Assembly: GCA_040285825.1 (NCBI GenBank)
Contig: JAUPSS010000006.1
Coordinates: 868,001 to 932,000, forward strand
Direction of reading: 5' to 3'
Length of the DNA: 64,000 bases
Source: Eukaryota sp. TZLM1-RC
Lineage: Eukaryota; Protista; Metamonada: BaSk clade
The translations under genes were made by a program, and so were the position numbers. Under the pieces are notes generated by a model, which did not search any database, was not told where the DNA came from, and worked only from the letters and a program-made list of their open reading frames with translations. Numbering within the stretch: position 1 is the stretch's first letter; every line of letters begins with the position of its first letter. This document shows, piece by piece, positions 1-12,034 of this stretch.

Positions 1-167
1 ATCCACTGAAACGACATCAACAACATTCATGACATCATCAAACGAGGGCACAACAACATCAGCACGTCGTTTTCCATATTCTGAATCTCTTACGCTTTCA
101 TTTATATCAAGAAACCTCAACAAAGGTTCTACAAAAGATTCAATATAATAGGAATTACACATTGCAT
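1..167 (-). mobile_element. Fragment of a CRE-like non-LTR retrotransposon (RLE endonuclease region)
   Basis: Minus strand reads AMCNSYYIESFVEPLLRF...YGKRRADVVVPSFDDVMNVVDVVSVD, homologous to the RLE region of the element at 24669-27930; cut by the window edge. Confidence 0.85.
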
Positions 168-191
168 GGATTTGATCTCTGACTATCAATG

Positions 192-471
192 TTTAGATTT
201 TAAGAATGCTTTTAATTCTGTATCACGTTTTTCCATTTTGCCTTATTTTCCTGAAGTTGAGTCTTTTTCTATTCATTTTATAGAAAATCATCAACATTGG
301 TCTATGAAAACTTTGACCTGCTTTCTTCTTCAGGTGTTGAACAAGGCGATCCACTTGGTCCTTTTTTCATTTGTCTGGTAATTCATCCATTGATTTGCGA
401 ATTAAAAGAAAAATTTCCAGAAATAGATATTGTAGCATATATGGATGACATTTCTGTAATTGCTCCTATTA
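192..471 (+). mobile_element. RT fragment of CRE-like family A
   Basis: Closely matches 25979-26269 (LDFKNAFNS, QGDPLGP, YMDD motifs) with small indels. Confidence 0.9.
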
Positions 472-472
472 C

Positions 473-2043
473 TTTTTTTAACTGGAATATTTATTGAGAT
501 AAAAAAACCCATCTAAAATTCAATATCCTCCAAACAAGGGTCTCTATTACTAAACCTACTCACGGCATGACGTTCATATTCTACACCAATAGCTAAAAGT
601 GCCTTTGAAATCATTGTTGGAAGACTTGAAAATGCAAAAAACAATTCTATTTAACCAGAAAGTGGAGTACATTGTTTTACCAGACCTATTCAGTAACACT
701 TTTTTGAAGTCTTCAAAAAAGTGCAACCCTCAAGGTCCAATATTGCCAAAAAAAGAAATTGCAAACGGTACAAACTAATATTTCACATGTTCCACTCTAC
801 CTCACTGTGCCAAAGGTTCTTCATATTTTTTTATCTTCTTTTTTTCGGCATTAGATAACAACGAATCAGCGGAATACACTAAACGAGCAGCAGAACTTCT
901 GCAAACATCAACTGAGACAACATCTACACCATTGAGAACACCATCGATCCCTGGAGCTACTAAATCTGCCCTTCTTTTACCAAAGGAATCATCAGTTTGA
1001 TCTGAAGACAGCTTACGTACTAGTGGCTCAATAAATGCCTCCATATTAAAACTTTTGCACATGTCATATAATTGATCAAGAACTGAGTCATGAACAATTG
1101 AGCGATAAGTTATAAAATACTTACAGTTAAAAATATGAGAAAGCGTAACAACACTCTTGCAGCGACAAATTAAATCATTTGGTAGAGAACAAGGCCATAG
1201 AAAACATCTCATTCTCTTTGCAGTGGTCCATTGGTGGTCATTAAGTAGAAGGCCATAAATGTTGGGAATTTGGGAGATTTGGCAACTTGAGCAACTGTCT
1301 TCAAGATCAATCAAAAAGTTTGCAAAAACGGGATTTTTTTCCTTAGCCAAGCTAAGACGTACAATATAATCCAAGTATTCTGAAACTTTCAAGATTTTTT
1401 TCTGCAATTTTGCAAAAGTCAGTGGTAAGGAGAGCAAGCTTCTTGAAGGAAGTTCCACAATATCAGAGGGGAAACATTTAGCCCAAATATTGGGTGAAAG
1501 AGTTTTAATTTCCTGTTGCAAAGAAATAAGATAAGAGCTACCACAATTTTCAATGAGATCAATTTTTTCAGGAAAACGATTCACAAATTCATAAATAAAG
1601 TTTTTACCACCTCCAATAAAGGCAGCTTTACACCGGTAGCTTGATTGATGAAAATCAACCACCAAAATTTGCACCACAAAAAATGTGGCTTCGTAACTGA
1701 GATGCATCAATTTCCAATAATTTTGCTAAAAAATTGGTTCTTTGTTCATTAAAAATGCGACAAAACTCCAAAGAAATTGATGGTGATGTTGATCTCAAAG
1801 TATGAGTAAATTTTCCAGAATAACAAATTTTTAGGAAAAAGAATTTCAAATGTTTCTCAATATTTAAATTTTCTATTGATTCTAATTCATTCCCAAATTG
1901 AGTCAACAGAGTCAAAAGTTGGCTTTTGACTTCATCAATATTTCCGAAATAACAACCCAAAAAACGAAAACCAGACTGATCATAATTGATAAAGGGAACA
2001 TTGACATCATTAATGAAAAAATCAATTGGTTCATGGCCAATAA
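473..2043 (-). mobile_element. 3' half of CRE-like family A, inverted relative to the adjacent RT fragment
   Basis: Reverse complement matches 26351-27930, including CCHC finger, RADL/VDVVSVD RLE motifs, short 3' UTR with AATAAA and poly(A) (T7 at 473-479); frameshifted. Confidence 0.92.
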
Positions 2044-2044
2044 A

Positions 2045-2248
2045 TTTGAAATAATTTGAACTATAAATTTTTTTTGATAATCTACAATTTTCCTTGTTGA
2101 ATTATTTATAGAAACACCTTATTCTCAATCCCTCGAAAACTTTTAGATGGATCATAAAGGTTACCTTCATGAATACGATCCTGATGACTTGAATCTTGAT
2201 GTTTGTTCACCTGTCATTGAGAGTTTTGTTGATGATGATGTATCCCTG
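2045..2248 (+). repeat. Dispersed repeat, second copy at about 30025-30219
   Basis: Shared sequence from 'gaaacacctt..ctc..tccctcgaaaa' through 'gatgatgatgtatccctg'. Confidence 0.8.
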
Positions 2249-2681
2249 ATAGATTTACGCGATCTTGTGAACCATGGTGGTGATAATTTTTACCAGATAA
2301 CCATTCCGAAAATTCCTCATGGTTCAAGAGACGTCGACCCATATGTTGATAATCGCTGCCACATCCACCATTAAAACATCAGTACAGAGGGTAGTATTTG
2401 GTCAATTGTCCTGGAAATAGAATCGTGAGCTCTGTTGTTGAGTTCTGTTGTTGTATTATTGAAATTAGCGTCATGGTTATCATTTTTGCACGATCTTGCA
2501 AGTACACTGGAACGTCAAGGTGACGAAAAGTTTCCCATGAAAACCATAATACCAAATACAACATTACCAAACGAAATGAAACATGTTCGCCTATCTGTGT
2601 AATTCTATCTGAAAAAAGAACTAAAACAAAGCAAATTTTTCCAAAATAAGAAAAGTCCTTCACCCAACTGAAATCTTTTGC

Positions 2682-3230
2682 TAGGGCTGTCCAAAGTCCG
2701 GTTCGGTTCGGTTCAGTCCTCAGTCCACCAATTGCTCGACCCGGAACCGGTCCGGTTTTTTTCACCATCGAACTTGTACTTAGACCGGTTCGGACCAATT
2801 CTGTAACAACTATACATAAATGTTTTTTGATCACAATATGTATTATCAAAACCACACGCTACTGCTGTGATCTATTCTTTCTTTAATGACACCAATGTAA
2901 CTCAAAAATTTCTTTCACTACATCAGTGTTGTTGAAAATTGTCATCAACGACTTGAGACCGACTGATGCAGAAACACTGTCATCACTTAAAGAAGTCCTC
3001 TGCTCGGTAATTGAGCTTCCTGCTGAGGAGAACATTTGTTTTGATAGAACAGAGGTAGCTTGAATACATAAAAATCATCTAGCCAATTGATCCAGTATCT
3101 CTTAGATCCTTTATTCTTCCACCAATTCAGGGCGTCATCACTTTGAGGAGTCACAGACTCCACACAATATCACATAAACTCCTCACTTATCGGTCTCTCT
3201 ACCCTTTTACTTTTACTCACTGGTTCACTT
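2682..3230 (-). mobile_element. hAT DNA transposon remnant (one terminus plus C-terminal dimerisation domain)
   Basis: Terminus TAGGGCTGTCC at 2682 followed by subterminal CCGGTTCGG-type repeats; minus strand encodes DDALNWWKNK...LAR*FLCIQATSVLSKQMFSSAGSSITEQRTSLSDDSV, the hAT dimerisation signature. Other end not found; right boundary approximate. Confidence 0.8.
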
Positions 3231-3401
3231 ATAAAAACTATAAGAATTCGATATTTTTTCAAATTTTTCACAATATATTCTTCGTCTTCACAAGTTTCGA
3301 TTCCATACGCTTTACAATATGCTGCCACTATTTCATCCCCCAATGTCTCCTCACAGTGCTTCAGGTATTTAGCATCTGGCTCTTCATCGAGTTAAGTCGA
3401 T

Positions 3402-4465
3402 TGTCCACGAGAGAATGAACTGACTTTATGCGACGTTGGACACTTTTTCGTGAAGGCAAAGATTGACGGGAGACAGTACTTGATAAGTTGCAAGAGAGTG
3501 GGACTTTCGACGAAAGAAAAAGGAAGATCATTATCAACTATCAGTTGAGCAATAAAAGCAAAAACAGAATCGCTAATTGTATGATCAATAAAAGGCGGTA
3601 CAACACTTATGAAAGATGTGATTGCAGGAGTTCGTTGTAGGGAAGATTTTCGTTCATTCGGGTGAAGAATATCATTGTGATGATGCCGTAGGTTGGAAAA
3701 GTGGTAAAGATAAAGCTAATTTATTTTCTATTCATATTATAAAAGCCTAAGGGCGCCAACAGTGCTTCTTCCCCTTTTTCAAAATTGATTGGCTTATATG
3801 AATATGAACCAAACTATAAACAAATAACTAAATAACTACAAATAATCTATATAAACTGAGAATTAGCCACACTTCCTAATTTGAGTACTGCTTCTTCGCC
3901 TCTTGCAAGGCGTAGAGTTATTGGAGGTACTTTAACGTTGACTAGTAGTACATTTTCCAATTTTCTTGTTATTCTTTCTGAACAACTTATAAGCTTCTGA
4001 ATGTTTAACTGAATGGAGACTCTTTTCCGTTGTTTTAACGCCAAACCATTGAACAGTACAGAAACTACCTGAGTCAGAATAAGAATTGAGAGGATTTTCT
4101 CTATAAAATGTTTCTCAGCATCGCCTGCTGCGACTGCCTTAAGAAAATAAATACCCAGAGGATACTCGGCGTTATAGATTTTGCAATCTTTCTTAGCAGC
4201 CTTTAATTTGGTGCCAGTAATAAAATTCTTCAATAATGAAGTAGAGTTGGAAGGATGGTCCATCACTTAAAAAGGTCCGTTCCTTGATCTATGCAATTTA
4301 TTATTTTGTTTGGTTTTACGAAGGACATAATCAATATTAGATACTATGAAACACGAATTAGTACTATCTACTGAAGTCGGAGTATTTATTGCATGATGAC
4401 GCTCAGCTTCTTCCCTTTTTTGTCGTAGACGATTTTTTTCAATTTAATATTCGAATATTGGAATC
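3402..4465 (-). mobile_element. Ty3/Gypsy LTR retrotransposon 3' remnant: integrase C-terminus, chromodomain, PPT and probable 3' LTR (about 3402-3761)
   Basis: Minus strand: DYVLRKT...GPF, EKHFIEKIL...VQWFG chromodomain (frameshifted), purine tract GAAAAAGGGGAAGAAG then TGTTGGCG LTR start at 3761. The LTR end (..GGACA at 3402) is tentative. Confidence 0.8.
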
Positions 4466-4846
4466 CAATTAGATCTGGAGTTAATTTTGACCCCAATTTG
4501 GATCAAATGAATGAAGACCAAAAATCTCTGTTCTTTTGTCGAGCAGTGGAGGCTTGACCCGTGTTATGTTGACCAGGAGCGAGGTGGGAAGCACATGAAC
4601 TCTGAAGAGTGGAATGGGAGACACTCACACACATCTGAAGTACTCCTGACAATTAAAATTTTATAAAAAAAAGAGTCAGGAAGTTCGCATCTCAAAGAGG
4701 TCTGACATAATCTGGACATATACTTTCAAAATATGTTTCATTGTATTATAGTGTTCAGTTATTATATTTTCGTCCTTCCTCTACATGTAACCGTTTAACT
4801 TAAAACCTGGCTGAACCGCGATCATTGCTTCTATTCTTTTTGGTTG

Positions 4847-7440
4847 ATGCCTGAATCAGTTTCTGATTCTAATGGAGTCAAAAGAAAGAACGATAGTCAA
4901 CAAGATGCTCAAGACGTCCTTTCCACCTCTCCTCCTCAACCTATTCTGTCTTCATTTTTGGACAAAAAAATTCTGATCAAGAATTTTTAGACAATCACGA
5001 TGAAAACAAAGTTTGTTCAAAAACAAAGCCACGCTCTTACAGATGCTCAAAGTGTCGACAACAGGGACATAATGCTCGAACATGCCCCAATGTTGGAAAA
5101 AATGATGTGGCAAATTCTGAAACAAAATGTAAAAGAAAATTTACTAGAAGGAAAGTCTAAGGTAGAACCCATAAATGATGCTCCACAAGTTGTTACAAAA
5201 CCAGTTTGCAACCGATTAAAGCACAAAACTTGCAACACTTGTGGTATTTCTTTTAGAAAAAATGCAAAAGGAAAAACTTCTGACCACTGCTTGAAATGGC
5301 GCATAGTTGATAACTACCATCCTCCCATAAAAATACCTCAAGAAATTCATCCGACCAAATGCAATGAATTTGCTTTCGTTTTTCAAAGATTTTTGGATCA
5401 ATTATGTAAAGGAAAGTATGCTATCATTTATATTTGGGACTTTTTTGGTTCTTTTTGTCTCCTTTTGAACAAAATTTCGTAAATAAATCCGAAGATTTAA
5501 CTAGTGTAGCACCGAGAAATCAGCCATCCGAGAAATTAAGTAAAATTTTTGAAGACAAATGCTTTGACAACAAGAGGTCCAAGGCTTTGTCAGCTTTAAG
5601 TCCTGGAGTTAAAGCACCCAACAGTGAAAGCACAATAGATAAACCAAAAATACTTCATCCTTATGAAGACCCTATAATGGATCAAAATTTTTACGGCACA
5701 TACTGGGAAAATTATCCATTGATGTCATCAGAAGTTTTTTCGGTTATCAAAAAGAGACCACGTGGTAAGTCTGCCGGACTTTCTGGTATTACCATTGATC
5801 ATGTCAAAGCCGCGATTATTTCTTCAGAAGATTGCCTTGGTTTATTGACCAAATTTTTCAACCAAATATTATCTGGTCAACGCAAATACCCAGAAGAATT
5901 AAGAAGTTCTCGTTTGACTGCACTTGTCAAAAATTCAAAAATGGATGTTCGTCCTATTGCAGTCTCTGAGAGCTTATACTATATTTTTTCTGCATGTTGT
6001 TTAAGCAGGTTTAACGAGAAAGCAAAACAAATATTATTACCCTTTCAATATGGTATAAATACTACAGATGGAGTCTCTTCAGCGATATTTGCTACTGATG
6101 AATTATTTCGCCAAAATGAATCCATTGTTTGTATGTCATTGGATTTCAGTAATGCATTCAATTCGCTCAATCGTCGCAGTATCCATGGTGCTTTACTGCA
6201 ATATTTGCCGAAATTACTGCCGTATTTTCAATCAACATGTAGCACATGTTCTAATTTACATTTCGGTAACAACATTTTGAGTTCATCAAATGGCGTAAAG
6301 CAAGGAAATCCGTTAGGACCTCTTTTGTTTTGTTTGGTCATTCATACTATTTTATTGCAAATTCAAGAGATGTTTCCTTCGCTAAAAACGATTGCATATG
6401 TGGATGATGTTGTTCTTATTGATGATTTAAATATTGTGAAAGAAGCAACTGTATGTTTTAAAGAATTATTTACCAAAATTGGTCTCCAACTTAATTTACG
6501 TGAATGTGTTTTGTTATCGAATTCTCCAGTTTTCACAATAAATGATCGTATTGAAATTCAAGTCAAATTATATTCAATTGATGCTATTCGTCATTTGGGT
6601 TCGTTTTTAGGAAATAATGATGAAATTACCAAAAAATTGTTTGAAAAGTTGAACTCAATTTCTGACAAAATTGACCGAATGATGACTTTAGATATACAGA
6701 CACATACTCATTTTACCATTATAACACTGTGTTTTAGTTCCAATCTTAATCATATATTTCGATCTACAAATACTCTTGTCACAAGGCCTTTGGCTCAGAA
6801 GTTGGATGAATTACGTGTCAAGGTGCTGTCACAATTACTGGGATGTAAATTGTTCCAAATTCCAGACCATGCTTACCTTAGTCCACATTATAGCGGTTTA
6901 GGGTGGACGAAGGCTTCTATTCTTACCTCGTGTGCTTTTGTTGGTGGATGCAAAAATGCAATCTTTGAGTTTTCCAAAATATTTGCAGATTGGGAAGATT
7001 TATTGATGACAACGCAAAGTTCGACTGTTTTTGCATTAAATGATGAAATTTCCAGAATTGATGTAGAAAAATGGGGTCGACGTTTTCCCCAATCATTCAA
7101 TGGCAATATTCCAGAAGAGAAATTTTAATTGAAAATACACTCTTCGAACATTACAGAAACGATTTACTGAAATGTACGAAAATGATCTTTATAATTATAT
7201 ATGCAGTTCGGCTGTTTAAAATCAAGATCTTCACTCATTGTTACCATTGTACCACGAAGATTTGGATTGTGTGCCACTAATGAAGCATTTGTAACAAAAA
7301 TGAGATTACAATTGAATATCAGAAGAAATATGTATTTGTGAGAACTCACCTCAACTAGAATTTCGCCATGTTCTGAATGTTTCTAAATTGATAACTTATC
7401 GTTCCTCATTGCATGATGCTGTTGAAGACACTGTTTTTAA
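4847..7440 (+). mobile_element. CRE-like non-LTR retrotransposon family C, degraded (zinc knuckle + RT), 5' part
   Basis: CSKCRQQGHNARTC knuckle at about 5044-5086; RT ORF 5434-7128 with RPIAV, LDFSNAFNS, VKQGNPLGP, YVDD; ends in HDAVEDTVF where a hAT element interrupts it. Start approximate. Confidence 0.9.
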
Positions 7441-8834
7441 CAGGGATGACTAAAATGGTCCATAATATTAAATTAAAGTACTTTATTTTATACTTTAAAC
7501 TTTATGCAGTAAAGTTGCTTAAAAAGAGATAAAGCAAAAGGGGCTCCAAGAGTAATCGTGTGTGTAGAAAAAGTCAAGTTCGCGAGGTTCGAGTCTGTTA
7601 GATTTCTGGCCTGAAAGACAATAGACAACGCCAACAGTAAGTTTATTGGCGTCAGGAAACAGTTCTAACGAAAGGTCATTAAACAAAGCACGTTTAACGT
7701 TTTGATGTTCACTCATAAGTTGTGGAAAGAAAAAGTGGAAAAAGTCTGTAGGGAATTTGTGAAAAATGCATTTGGTTTGAAATCCACTGAGTGCTCCCAA
7801 GCCCCCCCCCCATTTTCTCTTCCTTTTTTGTAATACAAACTTTACATCTGATGACCTCACTTCCTTGTGAGGCATGGACAGTAGTCTGTAGGGTTAACGA
7901 AGTGCTTTCAAATATTTGTGCGCGCTTTCAGTGCCTGCAATGTCATGAAACTTATTCGGTAAATCGTTGTACAATGGAAGGACGCTATATACCTGACATC
8001 TTTCCTGGAAGGCCAGTACCATTATGCAACCAAATAGGATCTGCTGACACCATCAACGGCTGAAAAGTTGCAGATTTACGCAATTTTCTTGCAACCCACT
8101 CCCGCCAACGTTAAAGAAGAGCAACGGCTGTCAATGGTCCTCCTGCTGAAAGACCAGCGCTTCCTTCATTTCTCAAGAGTCTTTCTACTTTTGCGCCTTT
8201 TTCTTCACCTAATTCTCCTACTCCAATGGAAAGTCCATTGCCTACATCTTTTCCTTTACCAACAATTGACAGTCCATTGCCTAATTCTATCATCCGTAAT
8301 GCTTCTTCGCCTACCAATCTTCAACCCAAAAGAAATTGGTGGTTTGTTCATGGTGGTAACTCAGTCCAAATTGGCGGTTGAGTATGGTAGCTTCAAATTG
8401 AGAAGCTCAAAGAAATTGGTCAGACTATCGTATTGTTGGTACACAAGAAAGAAACAAAATGGATGGTCAAAAGTCCACAGATAGTGTGATGGTAAAAGAC
8501 TACATAAAAGGAGGACAACAAATTACAAAAAAGTACTTTGAATGGATGGATAGTACAGCAGTTGCCAGTGAGCCTGACGATTTAAAAGTGAGTAGCGGCG
8601 AACCATCTGATGATGATGTCATTGAAGTGGAATAGTAGAATGATAAAAACAGTATTTACAAGTGTTTACATGTAATTTCCAATCAGTTTTTGATGAGTTT
8701 CTGAATAAATGTACTTTTTTCATCTTCTGTGTTCAACAAAGTAGTCACAATATCTCATTGATGAGTCATCACATTATTGAAACAATATTGAAAGTAAAGT
8801 GACTAAAGTGACTTCATCACTTTAGTCGTCCCCG
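7441..8834 (+). mobile_element. Internally deleted, non-autonomous hAT element (Ac-like ends) inserted in CRE family C
   Basis: TIRs CAGGGATGACTAAA / TTTAGTCGTCCCCG (2 mismatches); 8-bp TSD GTTTTTAA (7433-7440) / GTTTTCAA (8835-8842); BED-finger-like W..CLQC remnant near 7875-7960; removing it rejoins the CRE frame (DTVF-NMARTAR). Confidence 0.9.
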
Positions 8835-9118
8835 GTTTTCAATATGGCACGAACTGCAAGAATTTCGTGTATCAAAGAGCCCCTGCTGAAGGAAACACTT
8901 TCTCTGAATAATTTTGGTCCTGATGATAGAGGTGATGTATACTGTGATTGGATTGAAAATTCTGAATCTATTGTTGACTTTGTCTCATGTAATGTTGCAA
9001 ATGATACTTTGGTTCACAGAAGAAAACTGAATCCTGTTACTGCTCTTGATTTTAAAGCAAAAGAGAAACAAAAAAATATGATAAAGATATTGAAGAGGCT
9101 AATGCCGATAGAAATACA
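8835..9118 (+). mobile_element. RLE endonuclease part of CRE-like family C (continuation after the hAT insertion)
   Basis: KEPLL...RGDVYCDW...IVDFVSCNV...KAKEKQK: PD-(D/E)xK-type RLE motifs homologous to the other families in the window. Confidence 0.85.
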
Positions 9119-9176
9119 ATTGCGCAAGATCAATAAGTACAATACTTCACACATAGATATTTATAATCCTGCGATA

Positions 9177-10007
9177 ATGACTCGATCTGCAGCTGATTAC
9201 TTGATGCACAGCACTATCCGTCTTGAATGCTCTTCTTGCAATGGGAACAGTGTCACTGGTACTGGTTTCTTCTATCGATTTGATGTTTCTGGAGATGAGT
9301 TCATACCCGTCATCATCACCAATGAACACGTTATTGCAGGATGTAGCTCATACTCATTCGTTTTTACTTTAGCAAACGACAAGAATGAACCGGTTATAGG
9401 GTCGCACTACCCCATTACCTTGTCCAGCCAAGACTCCCTATCCTGGACTAAACACCCTGATGATAATATTGATTTGGCCCTGATGCCCGTCAAGCCACTG
9501 GTAAGCTTTGCCGAGTCACAAGGTGTCAAGCTATTTTACTCTCCTTTGAATCAAAATTGCATTCCCACACATGAGCAACTGACGAAACTGTCTGGGATTG
9601 AGAATATCATCATGATTGGGTACCCCAATGGAATTTGGGATGGAGCCAATAATATGCCAATCATTAGACGTGGAATCACCGCTACAAGTCCGAAGCTAGA
9701 TTACGAAAAACAACCTATTTTTCTCATCGATTGTGCTTGTATTCCTGGATCAAGTGGAAGTCCTGTCCTAATATTTGACCAAGGTCCGTACTCATCAAAT
9801 GGAAGTTTGATTTTTGGTTCGCGCCTTTTCTTTCTCGGTGTTCTATTCGCCAGTCCGCAGATGGTTGCACAGGGACAGGTGAAATCCGTCAATGTTGTTT
9901 TGGCGAAAAAGTTTGTCTCATATACCGATATTCCATCCAATTTGGGAGTAGTGGTCAAAGCTCATCTAATTGAAAAGTTCCGGACACTACTATTGAATGG
10001 ATGTTAA
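9177..10007 (+). CDS. Trypsin-like (S1, Trypsin_2-type) serine protease of bacterial type, 276 aa
   Basis: GTGFF, IITNEHV (His), HPDDNIDLAL (Asp), IGYPNG, PIIRRG, LIDCACIPGSSGSPV (Ser); intact and intronless; start placed at MTRSAADYL (ATG 9177) because the upstream part of ORF 8844-10007 is retrotransposon sequence. Confidence 0.9.
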   Translation: MTRSAADYLMHSTIRLECSSCNGNSVTGTGFFYRFDVSGDEFIPVIITNEHVIAGCSSYSFVFTLANDKNEPVIGSHYPITLSSQDSLSWTKHPDDNIDLALMPVKPLVSFAESQGVKLFYSPLNQNCIPTHEQLTKLSGIENIIMIGYPNGIWDGANNMPIIRRGITATSPKLDYEKQPIFLIDCACIPGSSGSPVLIFDQGPYSSNGSLIFGSRLFFLGVLFASPQMVAQGQVKSVNVVLAKKFVSYTDIPSNLGVVVKAHLIEKFRTLLLNGC

Positions 10008-10178
10008 ATTATTTTTGAGCAAGATGAATTAATAGAGGTTAAAGTTTACACGACCATTAGATTTTATCAACATTTCTTCTATAACAAGGACATCCCTATT
10101 GCAAACCCAGGTGTTTGTGCTTATTCTACATGTTTGTACACGTAAAATACAGTACAGAATAATGTTATATATTATATA

Positions 10179-11946
10179 GGGATTTATGCAAAGTTCCTCA
10201 CTTCAATTAACTAATTGCATATTTCCTCACATATAGTTATATCTTGCACTTAGTTCAACAAGTACTGATCTTCTCACCTTTGAGGACAGTTTCTCTTATC
10301 GTGTCCTTCTTCTTTGCAAACACGACATCTACGAGTTCTTCTTGCTGGCTCACTTTGATATGTTGGTTCTTCCTGCCGTTGTAATGCTTTCCATTCATGG
10401 CAGTTCCTTCTATCATGACCATGAACGTGACAATGACCACATCGTCGTGGTGACAAAGGGGATGACTCAGTTGGTGGCACTGGTTCTTCCACTTCCTTCT
10501 CGCTATCGAGCTCATCACTTTCATCTTCTCCTTCATCAAATCTCTTTCTAATGAACCGTTTCAATCTTGAATACTTGTCTTTTCTAGAGACAGGAGGACG
10601 TCCTGGCATTACTGTATCCAGAGGAAGGAAAATGTCCTCATCAACACTATCGATATCCAATTGATAATTGACCGGGAAGAACTCCCCTTTGTAGGTTTCC
10701 CGGAAGTTGACGACTAAGTAGTAAGCACACACAAGAGTTCGTGGATGAACTCGTATTCTCCGAGCAACTGCCATCACGTGCATACATGGCACCGCATGTT
10801 GCTTCCAAAACCCTCAACTACATAATTTCGAAGTTAAATCAATCGAGTAAACAAATTCTCCGTCTTGAACTGAAAAGGTGTCATCTGAAAACTGGGTGAC
10901 ACACAATTGACGAGCACTCAAAACGGAAGGCATCAAATATTCTTCAAAGTCATCCACAAACTCTCCCTTCATTGATTGTGCCTCAATTCGTCTTCTTGTA
11001 AATAACTTGTTCTTTGACTCAAAAATTGCGTGAACCATTGATGTAACAGGCAACGATCGGACAGGAACCAGCCATGTATTAAGGGACTCAATGATATTTG
11101 ATGTGAGTTGTCCGTATCTGTTTCCCTTAAAATGTGCCAGTGGCCCATGTCTCTTTAGGAGCATTTTGTTCAAGATGCTTAAAAGCAGCTGGGCATTGCT
11201 CTTTTAGTAACTGCCAAAACACATCAAATTCTTCTACAGTACTAGCCCTTGCACATTTCCAAAACAGTTTCATAGCTTTTTTTCCACCTCTACTGGCAAG
11301 ATTGTCACTTAGATGTTTACAACGCACGGAATGCAGCACTGATTCATCGAAGACATCACACAAAGTTCTAGCAATTGCTGGATTTCTATCACTAATAAAG
11401 ACAGTTTTATCGGTTATAGCAAAGTTTTTCTTGAGATTCGTCAAAAAACTCTCCCAGTTAATTATATTTTCAGTTGTTGTAATTTCAAATCCCATTGGGA
11501 AGAAGTGTCCAGTAGCATCAATACCTGCAGCAGCCAGTAATGTTCCTTTATATTTTGATCGCAGATGCGTTCCATCAATAACGATCACTGGTCTACAAAA
11601 TTTAAAACCATCAAGTAAGGGCCCAAAGCTGAAAAAACACATGGTTTATTGTTTTTCTGACTTCCCACTCTGTCGTTACTGCATCTCTTACACAGTGAGT
11701 GTAGAAGGGACATGGGGTTTCGGAATTACACTTGAGGTCCCATCTTCCAGCATCTTTTTGCACGACGACAAAGCTTTTGTCGACTTTCAGGAAGATGTCA
11801 TAAACTGCTATCTGAAGTACGTCAATATTTCGATATGTTTTCCCCTCAACCATTGGAGAGGATGCATATGTTAAAGTCATTGAAAGATTTAACTTGATGA
11901 AGAATGAAAATACATTTATTTATCTGATGAAATATGACGATTTCCC
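10179..11946 (-). mobile_element. Mutator-like (MULE) DNA transposon with disrupted transposase
   Basis: RPVIVIDGTHLRSKYKGTLLAAAGID, FISDRNPAI, TSNIIESLN, SWIM (CS*GFWKQHAVPCMH) and two CCHC knuckles across three frameshifts and a stop; GGGA termini flanked by 9-bp TSD TATTATATA (10170-10178 / 11947-11955). Confidence 0.92.
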
Positions 11947-12034
11947 TATTATATATTAATAGGCAAAAATAAATTCCAATCTTTTCTGGTAATTCTATTT
12001 AAATTATTTCTGAACTTTTATTAAATTTAAACAC

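Noticed and set aside
2379-2855. 158-aa minus-strand ORF
   Set aside because: Runs through the hAT terminus and subterminal repeats into unrelated flank; non-ATG start.
3115-3145. Possible tRNA primer-binding site after the LTR (minus strand AAGTGATGACGCCCTGAA)
   Set aside because: The sequence is coding for the hAT motif SDDALNWWK.
8844-10007. 387-aa endonuclease-protease fusion protein
   Set aside because: The N-terminal part is a retrotransposon RLE fragment cut by a hAT insertion and joined in frame only through a slip in the A-run near 9070; the protease has its own ATG at 9177.
11134-11874. 246-aa plus-strand ORF
   Set aside because: Antisense shadow of the MULE transposase.
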